The position numbers were made by a program, and so were the translations under genes. This document shows positions 38,091-48,227 of a DNA stretch of 64,000 nt, in pieces. Under the pieces are notes generated by a model that searched no databases, was not told where the DNA came from, and saw only the letters and a program-made list of their open reading frames with translations. Origin of the DNA: Desulfococcus sp. GTDB taxonomy: Bacteria; Desulfobacterota; Desulfobacteria; Desulfobacterales; Desulfococcaceae. The stretch spans positions 6,025 to 70,024 of the forward strand of contig NZ_JBGSQX010000018.1 of the NCBI RefSeq assembly GCF_041737845.1. The letters run 5' to 3'. Position 1 is the stretch's first letter. Each line of letters begins with the position of its first letter.

Positions 38091-41000
38091 TTACATGTTC
38101 CGCCGATACTTACCGCCCACATTATAGAGGCCCTGGGATATCTGCCCCAGGGAACAGCACCGGACCGCGTTCATCATCTCGGCGAAGATGTTCCCGCCCG
38201 ACAGGGCCGCCTCCTGGAGCCGCTTCAAGGCCCCGGGCGCCTCCGCCTCATGGGCCTTCTGGAAAGCCGCCAGGCGCACGAGCTGGGACTCCTTCTCCTC
38301 CGGGGTCGCCCTCGCCAGTTCCAGACAGCCGCCCGCCTCCACAAGGTCCTTGTCGTCTGCGTGGGGGTCCCTGAAGGTGTTGACGCCGATGATGGGCATC
38401 TCGCCCGTATGCTTCAGGGTTTCATAGTAGATCGACTCTTCCTGGATCTTGCTCCGCTGGTAGCCGGTCTCCATGGCGCCCAGGACGCCGCCGCGCTCGG
38501 TGATCCTGTCGAACTCCGACAGCACGGCCTCCTCCACCAGATCGGTCAGGGCTTCGACGATGAAGCTGCCCTGAAGCGGATTCTCGTTCTTGGCGAGCCC
38601 CCATTCCCGGTTGATGATGAGCTGAATCGCCAGGGCCCGGCGCACTGATTCGGTGCTCGGCGTGGTGATGGCCTCGTCGAAGGCGTTGGTGTGGAGGCTG
38701 TTGCAGTTGTCGTAGATGGCGCACAGGGCCTGAAGCGTCGTCCGGATATCGTTGAACTGGATGTCCTGGCTGTGGAGCGAGCGGCCCGAGGTCTGAATAT
38801 GGTATTTCAGCTTCTGGGACCTTTCGGAGGCGCCGTATTTTTCGCGCATGGCGACGGCCCAGATGCGCCGGGCCACCCGGCCGATGACGGTGTATTCGGG
38901 CTCCATGCCGTTGGAAAAGAAGAACGACAGGTTGGGGCCGAAGCTGTCGAGATCCATGCCCCGGGACAGGTAGTATTCCACGTAGGTGAAGCCGTTGGCC
39001 AGGGTGAAGGTGAGCTGCGAAATGGGGTTGGCCCCGGCCTCGGCGATGTGATAGCCGGAAATCGACACGGAATAGAAATTCCGGACGTTGTTTTCCATGA
39101 AGAATTCCTGGATGTCCCCCATCATTTTCAAGGCGAATTCGATGGAGAAGATGCAGGTGTTCTGCCCCTGGTCTTCCTTGAGGATGTCCGCCTGGACCGT
39201 GCCGCGGACATTGGCGAGCACCATGGACCGGATCTCCTCGTATTCCTCGGAAAACGGCTCCCGGCCGTGTTTTTCCTTGAAGGCATCGACCTGCTGGTCG
39301 ATGGCCGTGTTGAGGAACATGGCCAGGATGATCGGCGCCGGGCCGTTGATGGTCATGGACACGGAGGTGGACGGCGCGCACAGCTCGAATCCGCCGTAGA
39401 GGACCTTCATGTCTTCAAGGGTGCAGATGCTGACGCCGGAGTTCCCCACCTTGCCGTAGATGTCCGGACGCAGGTCAGGGTCGTATCCGTACAGCGTGAC
39501 GGAATCGAAGGCCGTGGACAGGCGCTTGGCTTCATACTCGCCCGAAAGCAGCTTGAAGCGGCGGTTGGTCCGGGCCGGGTCTCCCTCGCCGGCGAACATC
39601 CGGGTCGGGTCCTCCCCCACCCGCTTGAGGGGAAAGACGCCCTCTGTGTAGGGAAAATAGCCCGGCAGGTTTTCCCGCCGCATCCACCGGTAGATCTCCC
39701 CCGGGTCGGTGAACCCGGGAAGGGCCACCTTCGGGATCTTCTTGTGGCAGAGGGACTCGGTGAACAGGGGAACCCTGACCTCCCGGCCTCGGACCGAGTA
39801 AACGAGTTCATCCCTGCCGTAGCTTTCCTTGAAAACCTTCCACTGGGCAAGGAGGTCCCGGGTCTCTTTTTCCTGGGCCGCTTCGGCGGCGGCCAGTTCG
39901 TTTCGGAAACGGTTCAGCAGGGTCGGCGCATCGCCATCGAGACCGCCCAACGCTGCCATGGCCTCCTTGAGGTGCCACGATTTCCGGACCGCCTGGGCCT
40001 GCTCTTCGGTCTTTTTATGATACCCGCGAATGGCGTCGGAAATCTCGGAGAGATAGCGCGTCCGCTCCGGCGGAATGATGATGGTCTTGGAACTCGATGT
40101 CTTGGATTCCGGCCGCGGCAGGCGGGTTTCAAAACCGGCGCCGGTCTTCTCCTGGACGGTATCCATCAGCGCATGGTAAAAAGCGGTGACGCCGTCGTCG
40201 TTGAACTTGGAGGCGATGGTGCCAAAGACGGGCAGGTCCTCCGGCTTTTTCGTCCAGGCCTGCCGGTTTCTCTGAACCTGCTTCCGGACGTCGCGCACCG
40301 CGTCCTCTCCGCCCCGCTTTTCATATTTGTTGACGACCACCAGGTCCGCAAAATCGAGCATGTCGATCTTCTCGAGCTGGGAGGCGGCGCCGAACTCACT
40401 GGTCATAACATAGACCGAGACATCCACGAGGTCGCTGATCTTGGAATCCCCCTGGCCGATACCCGCGGTCTCGACGATCACAAGATCGAACCCGGCCGCC
40501 TTGACCACATTGATGGCATCCCCCAGGAAATCGGGAATCTCCGCATTGGATTTTCGTGTCGCCACCGAGCGCATATAGACCCGGGGGGAGTCGATGGCGT
40601 TCATCCGGATGCGGTCTCCGAGCAGCGCCCCGCCGGTTTTCCGCCGGGAAGGGTCGGAGCTGATGATGGCCACATGGATGTCGTCGATATCGTGAAGGAT
40701 CCTGAGGATGAGTTCATCCGTCAGCGAGGATTTGCCGGCCCCGCCGGTGCCGGTGATACCGACCACCGGAACCTTCCGGTCGCCGGTCTTTTTTGCGATC
40801 TCCGCCCGCAGGCTTGCAAGGTGCCCGTTATCCCGGGTGGCGGCCTCTTCCACGGCCGAAATCATTCGGGCCACCAGGCGCTTGTTTTCGGTGTCGAGTG
40901 CCGAAAGGTCGACAGCCTTGTCGTCGCAGATCGGATAGTCCATGGATTCGACCATGTGGTTGATCATGCCCTGAAGGCCCAGCCTGGCGCCGTCCTCGGG

Positions 41001-41372
41001 GGAGTAGATCTTGGTGACGCCGTAGCCTTCCATTTCCCGGATCTCCTCGGGAACGATGACGCCGCCGCCGCCGCCGAACACCTTGATGTTGTCGGCGTTC
41101 CTCTCTTTCAGCAAATCGATCATGTATTTGAAGAATTCCACATGCCCGCCCTGGTAGCTCGTTACGGCGATGCCCTGAACGTCTTCCTCCACGGCTGCAT
41201 CCACGATCTCCTGGACCGACCGGTTGTGGCCCAGGTGGATGACCTCCGCGCCCGTTCCCTGCAGGATCCGGCGAAAAATATTGATGGATGCATCATGACC
41301 GTCAAACAGCGATGTCGCGGTGACGACCCTGACATGATGCTTGGGTTTGTAAGGTTGAACTTCCCTGTTCAT
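38091..41372 (-). CDS. icmF: Fused isobutyryl-CoA mutase / MeaB-like GTPase
   Basis: N-terminal B12 domain (FDGHD), GTGGAGKS GTPase, mutase barrel ([28 protein letters not shown]); 1093 aa. Confidence 0.95.
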   Translation of the reverse strand: MNREVQPYKPKHHVRVVTATSLFDGHDASINIFRRILQGTGAEVIHLGHNRSVQEIVDAAVEEDVQGIAVTSYQGGHVEFFKYMIDLLKERNADNIKVFGGGGGVIVPEEIREMEGYGVTKIYSPEDGARLGLQGMINHMVESMDYPICDDKAVDLSALDTENKRLVARMISAVEEAATRDNGHLASLRAEIAKKTGDRKVPVVGITGTGGAGKSSLTDELILRILHDIDDIHVAIISSDPSRRKTGGALLGDRIRMNAIDSPRVYMRSVATRKSNAEIPDFLGDAINVVKAAGFDLVIVETAGIGQGDSKISDLVDVSVYVMTSEFGAASQLEKIDMLDFADLVVVNKYEKRGGEDAVRDVRKQVQRNRQAWTKKPEDLPVFGTIASKFNDDGVTAFYHALMDTVQEKTGAGFETRLPRPESKTSSSKTIIIPPERTRYLSEISDAIRGYHKKTEEQAQAVRKSWHLKEAMAALGGLDGDAPTLLNRFRNELAAAEAAQEKETRDLLAQWKVFKESYGRDELVYSVRGREVRVPLFTESLCHKKIPKVALPGFTDPGEIYRWMRRENLPGYFPYTEGVFPLKRVGEDPTRMFAGEGDPARTNRRFKLLSGEYEAKRLSTAFDSVTLYGYDPDLRPDIYGKVGNSGVSICTLEDMKVLYGGFELCAPSTSVSMTINGPAPIILAMFLNTAIDQQVDAFKEKHGREPFSEEYEEIRSMVLANVRGTVQADILKEDQGQNTCIFSIEFALKMMGDIQEFFMENNVRNFYSVSISGYHIAEAGANPISQLTFTLANGFTYVEYYLSRGMDLDSFGPNLSFFFSNGMEPEYTVIGRVARRIWAVAMREKYGASERSQKLKYHIQTSGRSLHSQDIQFNDIRTTLQALCAIYDNCNSLHTNAFDEAITTPSTESVRRALAIQLIINREWGLAKNENPLQGSFIVEALTDLVEEAVLSEFDRITERGGVLGAMETGYQRSKIQEESIYYETLKHTGEMPIIGVNTFRDPHADDKDLVEAGGCLELARATPEEKESQLVRLAAFQKAHEAEAPGALKRLQEAALSGGNIFAEMMNAVRCCSLGQISQGLYNVGGKYRRNM

Positions 41373-41525
41373 ATGCCTCTCCTTGTTGTGATAGGTGTTC
41401 GGTTTCGGGTAAACGGTCCCGGGCGCCGGAGCACCGGCAGGGTTGCTGCCGACCGAGCGCCTGAAACGCGAAACCTAAAGCCTGGATCGATGCCTGTTAT
41501 GACATTCAATTCTTCAGCCCGCTGT

Positions 41526-42167
41526 TTACGGGCCGGTGGAAATCCCCAGAATAAAATCAGTTTGAAACGCGATGTAATCGTCGATGCTGTAATGCCGCGC
41601 CAGAAACCATCTTCGGAAGGTCCACATATGCCCCAGGACGGAGATGTTGTGGGCGACCATTTCGATGGAGCGGTCATTCAGCCTGCGAAAATTTCCCGAT
41701 TCGATCAGGCGCGCCAGCACCTTGACGAATATGCCGGTAATCCGAATCTCGTTTTCCAGCACCTTTCTCCGCCATTGGGACGGCAGGGACTGGGTTTCCT
41801 GATAGATGAGAAGAATGTGGTCGGACATCCGGTGACAGACCAGAAAATACTCGCGGATCACCTCGGCAAGAGCCTCTCTTCCCTGCGTCGTGCGTTCAAG
41901 CGCCTGAAAGACGCCGCGTTCCACCTCCGCGTGGATGGCGTCGCAGACCAGGTAGAGGACATCCTCCTTGGATGCCACGTACTCATAGAGCGACCCGATG
42001 GAAAAGCCCGCCGCCTTGGCAATCTGACGGGTGGTGGTCTTGTGGAAACCTTTTTCGATAAAAAGCTGCACCGCAGCATCCACAATCTGACGCCGTCTGC
42101 GCTTGACCAGTTCGGGGTTCTTGATCTGCGTCGGAATCTCTTTCAATTTGCTGCCGTGTCCCGTCAT
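41526..42167 (-). CDS. TetR/AcrR family regulator
   Basis: KGFHKTTTRQIAKAAGFSIGSLYEY HTH. Confidence 0.92.
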   Translation of the reverse strand: MTGHGSKLKEIPTQIKNPELVKRRRRQIVDAAVQLFIEKGFHKTTTRQIAKAAGFSIGSLYEYVASKEDVLYLVCDAIHAEVERGVFQALERTTQGREALAEVIREYFLVCHRMSDHILLIYQETQSLPSQWRRKVLENEIRITGIFVKVLARLIESGNFRRLNDRSIEMVAHNISVLGHMWTFRRWFLARHYSIDDYIAFQTDFILGISTGP

Positions 42168-42233
42168 TTCCGCGGTCCTGTTCTCTAACTATCGGTTAGG
42201 CAAGGAAAATTATCAGCATGCCCTCAAAATCTC

Positions 42234-42281
42234 GAACGAGCGCTCAGTCATGCGTTATCATAGTCATTTGCATGATGTCAA
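42234..42281 (-). promoter_or_regulatory. tetR promoter region with palindromic candidate operator
   Basis: Minus-strand TTGACA (42276-42281); dyad GAacGAGCGCTCagTC (42234-42249) near the expected start site. Confidence 0.5.
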
Positions 42282-42583
42282 GCATTTAAATCGGAAAAAA
42301 TCGGAGGTGGTGGGATGCGTCGATCCGGCAGCGCCATCGGAGGGATTTTCAGGTCTTGATCATAACTTTATTGGGGAACCGCCGCCCTGCGGTCCAGGAT
42401 CGCAAACAGGATGAATTGGATAAAGATCGAGCAGGCCTGTTCAATTCATTTCATTGCCGGTCCTTACCATGGATTGAATGGGGGGATGGCCCCGACAGGA
42501 TGATCGGGACCATCGACGGCGAAATCGGCCCTCTGTGCGTTGGGCCGAAAAAGGATCTCCCCTGCCGCGTTCGGAAGGAAGAT

Positions 42584-44401
42584 CTACCAGAATCCCAGGG
42601 TCTCGAAGTGGTCGCCCTGGATCTTCAGCAATTCGAGTTTTTTCACCGCATCTCCGGTTTCATCGAACTCGGTTGCACCGGTCACCCCCCGAAAGAATTG
42701 AATGCGGGAAAGCGCCTCCCGAACGGCCGGCCGGCCGCCCTGATCCGCTGCGGGGACCGTCTCGATAAGCATCATGGCTGCGTCATAGGCCAGCGCTTCG
42801 ATAAACCCGGGCGCTTCCCCGAAATGGGCGGTGTATCGCCGGACAAAGTTCTGAACCTCGGGCTGAGGGCTATCGGGATAAAATACTTCCGGGAAAATAG
42901 CGCCCTGGGCATGCCGGCCCGCCGCACTCACCAGCTTTTCGGAATTCCAGAGGTTCGTTCCCAAAAGCTGAACGCCTGACAATCCATGATAGGTCAACTG
43001 GGGAATGATCAGGCTGGATTTGTCAGGCCCCTCGGGGATGAAAAGCGCCTCGATTCCGCTATACTGAAGCAGCCGCTTGATGGGGGCGCTGAAGTCCGAT
43101 GTCTTCATGCCGTAGGACTGGGACGTCACCAATTCCCCCCCCTGTGCCTTCACCTGGCTTTTGAATGTCTCCAGGAAAACGGTTCCGTATTTTTCCTGCG
43201 GGTAGAGGATGGCAAACCGGCGGATCCCCATCATCTGCGTCGCATGGGAAACAAGCGATCGGGCCTGCATCTCGGGTGTCAGGAAATTTCTGAAAACGTA
43301 ATTCCCGGTTTTCGTGATGTCCGGCTTCTGCGTCAGCACGATGATGGGGATCCCGGCCGCCTGAGCTTTCGGCGCAGCAGCCGGCGCGGAGATAATGGGA
43401 CCGATGATGGCCGTGACGTTCTCCCGGGCCATCTCCTCGACGGCCGCCGCTGACCGGGTTTGATCCGAGCGGGTATCCTTGACGAGGATGCGCACTGTCG
43501 GTGCGGCCTCGCTGACGGCAAACTCGATCGCCCTCAGCGCCTTTTTTCCGAAGCTCTCATACGATCCGGTGAGGGGAAGCAGGCATCCGATCACATATTT
43601 CCCCCCGCCCGGACCTGTAACGGGGCCGCCTTCGAGATGCTGCAGCATCCTTTTGGCCTCCCCGGAATGTTCATGCTCCGGGTAGGCTGCTATGAACTGG
43701 GACAGGGTCCTCGCCGCGTCGGCGTATCGCTTCTCCTCGGCCTCCTTCACGCCGAGGGCATAGATGAGGTATCCCCGCGTCTGAGCATCGGTCACCCGTT
43801 CGGACAACGCCAGAATATCGGAAACGGAAAGCAATTTGACGGCGGCTTTCAGGCGCGTGGAGATCGTTTTGCCTTTGGGAGGGGAGACCTGTTCAAGTGC
43901 CTTGGCATAAAAATAGACGGCATTGACAGGGGAGTTCAGCGCCATGTAGGTGTCTCCCAATATGGCAAAAACGCCGACGGGTCGATCGACCCCTCCCGGA
44001 CGCCTCAAAAAGGTGTCCGCCTGCTGAATCACTTCCCGATGGCGCTTTTCGTCGTACAGCGTCTGGAGCGTTCCAGCCATGGCATCGGGCACCAGGTGGC
44101 TGCCGCCGTAATTGTCGATCAGATGAAGATAGTATTTCCGCGCATTCCGGTAGTCTTTCCATGCGCGATATATCTCGGCTTCCCGGAACAGCGCGGTTGG
44201 GGCCTGAATGCCGCTGGGAAATTCCGAAAGGTATTCGTTGTAGGCCTCCAGGGCCTTTCTGTAAGCCCCGGAGCGATAATTTCTTTCGGCTCGGGCGAAC
44301 AGCTCCGCACCGGGCTCCGCCCGGTCGGTGCCCACGTAGCCCGGCACACAGGCGGCCAGAGCCAAGGCGGCTGCGAGAACAAGGATCAATTTACGGTTCA
44401 T
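42584..44401 (-). CDS. LpoA-like lipoprotein (TPR plus periplasmic-binding-protein fold)
   Basis: Lipobox LAAC after MNRKL; TPRs; IGCLLPLTG, AIIGP, FAILYP and ALAYDA motifs. Confidence 0.8.
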   Translation of the reverse strand: MNRKLILVLAAALALAACVPGYVGTDRAEPGAELFARAERNYRSGAYRKALEAYNEYLSEFPSGIQAPTALFREAEIYRAWKDYRNARKYYLHLIDNYGGSHLVPDAMAGTLQTLYDEKRHREVIQQADTFLRRPGGVDRPVGVFAILGDTYMALNSPVNAVYFYAKALEQVSPPKGKTISTRLKAAVKLLSVSDILALSERVTDAQTRGYLIYALGVKEAEEKRYADAARTLSQFIAAYPEHEHSGEAKRMLQHLEGGPVTGPGGGKYVIGCLLPLTGSYESFGKKALRAIEFAVSEAAPTVRILVKDTRSDQTRSAAAVEEMARENVTAIIGPIISAPAAAPKAQAAGIPIIVLTQKPDITKTGNYVFRNFLTPEMQARSLVSHATQMMGIRRFAILYPQEKYGTVFLETFKSQVKAQGGELVTSQSYGMKTSDFSAPIKRLLQYSGIEALFIPEGPDKSSLIIPQLTYHGLSGVQLLGTNLWNSEKLVSAAGRHAQGAIFPEVFYPDSPQPEVQNFVRRYTAHFGEAPGFIEALAYDAAMMLIETVPAADQGGRPAVREALSRIQFFRGVTGATEFDETGDAVKKLELLKIQGDHFETLGFW

Positions 44402-44570
44402 AGAATATCTGTGGGTGGAGGGTTCACTTCGCCATGAATGATATCGCAAATAGGCTATAATAATTTTCATGAATCGTCAATTTCATTGTTGAGTCCGGAA
44501 ACAAACATCGGTATACTGGCTGAAATCTGGTGCCGCGCCCCATTTCCCGAGAACGAAAAGGAGACCGTTT

Positions 44571-45116
44571 ATGAAAAGGATAATGTGCCTCATTCCAGCT
44601 TTTTTTTGTCTGTTCCTCTCTGTTTCCGTTCCCATCGCCTCGGCGGAGATCTATCGATACACCGACGAAAGCGGCATCACCCGGTTTACGGATGATTTCA
44701 ACATGGTGCCCCTCGATCAACGGCTGACAGCGGATGAATACGTCGAATTGCAGAGCGCTTTGCCGGCGCCGGAGGCCCTCCCGGCCCCCGAACCCAGCGA
44801 ACCGATTCCGGTGCTGGAAACCGAAGCGGACGTCGTCGAGGCCTCCCGGCAGCTCAACGCAACCCGGGATTCCCTGGAAGAGGAAAGAACCCGCCTCATC
44901 AAAATCCAGGAGGGCCTTCAGAATGCCAGCGGGACAACGACTTCCAAAGCGGAGGCCAAACAGCATCTGGACCGGGTCGCACAATTCAAAAAGGAAACCC
45001 GGGCCTACGAGAAGAAGCGCCAGTCCTATGAGCAGGACCTGGCGCGCTACAATGCCCAAGTGGACGCGCTCAACCGAAAACCGCCGGATTCGGATAATGA
45101 ATCCGGCACCGAGTAG
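44571..45116 (+). CDS. DUF4124 domain exported protein
   Basis: Signal peptide, EIYRYTDESGITRFTD motif, coiled coil; AAGGAG RBS. Confidence 0.82.
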   Translation: MKRIMCLIPAFFCLFLSVSVPIASAEIYRYTDESGITRFTDDFNMVPLDQRLTADEYVELQSALPAPEALPAPEPSEPIPVLETEADVVEASRQLNATRDSLEEERTRLIKIQEGLQNASGTTTSKAEAKQHLDRVAQFKKETRAYEKKRQSYEQDLARYNAQVDALNRKPPDSDNESGTE

Positions 45117-45192
45117 CATCCAGAGCCCCATCCATCTCACACCAGGGCGGACCGGGTCCGGATCGAAGCGGGGCCGGCTGCGGCCGCATCGA

Positions 45193-45429
45193 TCAGCGCG
45201 GCCGGATGCCCTCCTTGAGAAGCGCCTTCAATCCGGAGAGGGTTCCCTTCCATGCGACATCTTCACCCACCATCAGCGCGACGATCACATCCTTTTCCAC
45301 GCTGACCTCGAGGACGATCTCCTCGTCTCCGACCCTGAAAACAGCCTCCCCCCATCGTTCGGCCGGGAGGCCGGTCGCTTCACAATCATAGTCGGTCCGC
45401 AAATCTCCCGTCATCCGGATCTCGCTCAT
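45193..45429 (-). CDS. Hypothetical protein (78 aa)
   Basis: AGGAGG RBS and ATGA overlap with the upstream gene. Confidence 0.75.
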   Translation of the reverse strand: MSEIRMTGDLRTDYDCEATGLPAERWGEAVFRVGDEEIVLEVSVEKDVIVALMVGEDVAWKGTLSGLKALLKEGIRPR

Positions 45430-46451
45430 CCATTCCTCCTTTGGGTTGGCAGAAAAGGCTCATCATCGGGCTGCGGTCTCTGTGAACCGCTGCGGATCGC
45501 CGCAACGGCTTCCCGGGCAGCCTCCTTCACCTGGGTCGGATGGGGTCCGCTAATCACCGACGCCAGGCGGCCCAGAATCCCGGCGTCTCCCACGGTTCCA
45601 AGCAAATAAAGGATATCTCCTTGAACGGCTTCCTCGGCAGCAGGGAACAACGCCCAGAGGGGCTCGATAAGGCACGCCCCGAGTTTTGGGCTCTTTTCGG
45701 CCAGGGTTTCAGCGGCAACCATCGCACCGAGCCGCGTCGGCCATTTCTCGTGGGTCAGCAGTTCCAGGAACGCAGGGAATATCATGCCTTTTTGCAGCAT
45801 CATATCTGCAAGCCCCGCTGCATCCCCCGCCTCGATCATGCTCGCCATGGATTCGGCCCCCAACCGGGAAGGATCTCGGGAGGCCGCAACGCCAAGAATC
45901 TCCGGGATGCTGAGGGTTCCGGTCCAGCAGATCCGATCTCCCCCGACCGGGTCTCGAAAGACAAGCGCTGGCACCGATCTGACGCCGTCCGCCGCCGCAT
46001 CCTCGGGGAATCTTCCCGCATCGACAATGGTCAGGTCTGCCGGACCGCCGTCAGCCGTGAGCGGCAGGAGGCTCCGGACAGCCCCCGGACAGAAAGGGCA
46101 GCGGTCGGCAATGTACAACGTGAGCCTCATGGGAAACGCGGGGGCTTCTGCAAGGTCCGCCTCCGGCATCGGTTCGGACGGCGGCCCGGAGAGGGCATCC
46201 AGAAAGGGGCCCAACTCGGGACCCGCGGGGATGGCCCGGTATCTCAGGCCCGGCCGGATCTCGATAGCCGGAGCCCGCTTCCCCGGGACGTCAGCCGGTA
46301 TGAAATCAACCTTGGGCGCCCATTTTTTGAATATCCTGCAAAATTCCAGAAACGGGTCGTCCTGGGCGTTCCCGGCGCGGATGAGGATTGCTGTCACGTC
46401 GCCCGGGAGCCGGTCATTCCATTCCGAAATCAAAAGGCTGTCTTCGAGCAA
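45426..46451 (-). CDS. Thioredoxin-family protein (CPFC) with C-terminal HEAT-like repeats
   Basis: AhpF-NTD-like region (YRAIPAGPELGPFL), CPFC, cis-Pro motif SVP, helical repeat tail. Confidence 0.75.
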   Translation of the reverse strand: MLEDSLLISEWNDRLPGDVTAILIRAGNAQDDPFLEFCRIFKKWAPKVDFIPADVPGKRAPAIEIRPGLRYRAIPAGPELGPFLDALSGPPSEPMPEADLAEAPAFPMRLTLYIADRCPFCPGAVRSLLPLTADGGPADLTIVDAGRFPEDAAADGVRSVPALVFRDPVGGDRICWTGTLSIPEILGVAASRDPSRLGAESMASMIEAGDAAGLADMMLQKGMIFPAFLELLTHEKWPTRLGAMVAAETLAEKSPKLGACLIEPLWALFPAAEEAVQGDILYLLGTVGDAGILGRLASVISGPHPTQVKEAAREAVAAIRSGSQRPQPDDEPFLPTQRRNG

Positions 46452-46583
46452 CGCTCCCCTTTCCGCCCTTCCTTATCCCCCGGTGGAAGGGCCTCGCACC
46501 TCCGCCCCGATGCCCTTTTCATCCTCAGGGCCCGCGCCCCGTCAGCCGCACTCCGCAGGAGAAAGTCCATCGGGCGTGTTTGC

Positions 46584-46622
46584 AGAAAGAAAAAGGCACA
46601 GCCCGCGTCGGCAAGCCATGCC
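46584..46622 (-). terminator. Intrinsic terminator after rubredoxin
   Basis: GGCATGGC...GCTGTGCC hairpin then TTTTTCTTTCT on the minus strand. Confidence 0.7.
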
Positions 46623-46644
46623 CGATATTTCGACATTCCATGGA

Positions 46645-46821
46645 TTAGTCGTCAAGCTCCTCGAAAAACTCTTTTTCCGCGCCGCATTTCGGACAGGTCC
46701 AATCGTCCGGAAGGTCTTGAAAAGAGGTCCCAATGAGGATGTTGTTTTCGGCATCGCCTTCGGCCGGATCATAAATATACCCGCAAGGGCATTCCCATCT
46801 GCTCATGTTTTTCTCTGCCAT
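46645..46821 (-). CDS. rub: Rubredoxin (58 aa); absent from the ORF track
   Basis: AGGAG RBS; [58 protein letters not shown]. Confidence 0.92.
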   Translation of the reverse strand: MAEKNMSRWECPCGYIYDPAEGDAENNILIGTSFQDLPDDWTCPKCGAEKEFFEELDD

Positions 46822-46898
46822 GTTTCACTCCTAACCTGTTGGATGTTCAGTTGGATGCATCGTCCCTCCGCCGGATCCGCGTCCGGCCGGGGCATTTG

Positions 46899-47123
46899 TC
46901 ACGTTCGGGGAAAATTCTGAATATTTTGCGCATACGATTCAAAGTCCTTCTCAAAAAGAAACCGCGATATCATCTCACCCACCTTGTCCGCCGTGTCGAC
47001 ATGATATCGTCCCCTCTCGTCGCACCCTTCAATTTTCTTGGCATTTTCCACGATAGCCTCAAGGGCCTGGGCGCTGATCTCCACCCTGGCATGGATGATC
47101 AGGGTCGGCCGGGGATCTTCCAT
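46899..47123 (-). CDS. Hypothetical soluble protein (74 aa)
   Basis: AAAGGAGG RBS; lies between cydB and rubredoxin. Confidence 0.75.
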   Translation of the reverse strand: MEDPRPTLIIHARVEISAQALEAIVENAKKIEGCDERGRYHVDTADKVGEMISRFLFEKDFESYAQNIQNFPRT

Positions 47124-47223
47124 TCGCCCTCCTTTCTGATGATGCGCGTTGAGACCTGCATGCGGGCTTCAAGCCGGAATCGGGCGACGCTGTCCGCATG
47201 CAGGCCTTTCAACATCGCTTACC

Positions 47224-48222
47224 TTAATGATACCCCTCTGCATCCGCGACCTTTCCACGGAACACCCGATAACTGTAAACAGTATATCCCAGCACCACGG
47301 GAAGCACCACGACAACCCCCCACAGGGTGAAAATCTGGGTTTCGCGCTGGGCGGCGGCCTCATAGATGGAGAGATCCGGCGGAATGGCCATGGGATAGAT
47401 GGCCGCTTCCAGCCCCAAATAGGCGGATATGAAGAGCAGGATGCTGCTGACGAACGGCATGAGTTCCTTCTTTTTCCTCAGACTCCAGAGCAGCATGCCG
47501 AAGGCGATCATGCCCAATAGCGGAAAATTCCAGACAAAATAGATCCGGGGCTCCGTAAACCATCGCGCCACAAGGTCCGGCGCATGGTAGGGCGTCCAGA
47601 TGCTCACCACCACCATGAACCCCGCCGTTGCCAAGGCGGCCCGGAACGCCTGCCGGTAGGCTCTCTCCTGGACGACCCCTTCGGTTTTGATGATCAGGAA
47701 GGTCGCCCCCAGAAGCATGTAGCCTGAGACCAGAGCCAGCCCCACGATGCAGGTAAAGGGGTTGAACCAGTCGAAGGGGCCGCCCGCAAAGGCGCCGTCA
47801 ACGATCCGGATTCCCGAGATATAGCCGCCCAGGGTAAAGCCCTGACCGAGCACGGCCACCAGGCTGCCGATGAAAAAGGCTCGGTTCCAGACCCCCTTTT
47901 TCCGGGTGTTGGCCCGGAATTCGAAAGCAACCCCCCTGAAGATCAATCCAAATAAAAAGGTCAGGAGCGGAATGTAAAGAGCGCTGAACAGAACCGTGTA
48001 TATCCTTGGAAACGCAGCGAAAAGGGCGCCGCCTCCAAAGACGATCCACGTCTGGTTGGCATCCCATATCGGTGCGATGGAATGGATAAGGACGTCGCGA
48101 TCCTCCTCGGTCTTCGCGGTGGGGAAAAGCATGCCGATACCCAGCCCGAAGCCATCCAGAATGACATACAGAATCACCACCAGGCCGACCAGGGCCATCC
48201 ACAACTGAACCAAGTCCATCAT
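47224..48222 (-). CDS. cydB: Cytochrome bd oxidase subunit II
   Basis: YVILDGF, PIWDANQTW, FRGVAFEFR and YSYRVFRGK. Confidence 0.95.
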   Translation of the reverse strand: MMDLVQLWMALVGLVVILYVILDGFGLGIGMLFPTAKTEEDRDVLIHSIAPIWDANQTWIVFGGGALFAAFPRIYTVLFSALYIPLLTFLFGLIFRGVAFEFRANTRKKGVWNRAFFIGSLVAVLGQGFTLGGYISGIRIVDGAFAGGPFDWFNPFTCIVGLALVSGYMLLGATFLIIKTEGVVQERAYRQAFRAALATAGFMVVVSIWTPYHAPDLVARWFTEPRIYFVWNFPLLGMIAFGMLLWSLRKKKELMPFVSSILLFISAYLGLEAAIYPMAIPPDLSIYEAAAQRETQIFTLWGVVVVLPVVLGYTVYSYRVFRGKVADAEGYH

Positions 48223-48227
48223 GTTCC

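Noticed and set aside
38691-42188. 1165-aa plus-strand ORF
   Set aside because: Antisense shadow of icmF and tetR; no recognisable domain.
46899-47123. Small ORF after cydB as cydX
   Set aside because: Hydrophilic, 74 aa, no transmembrane helix.
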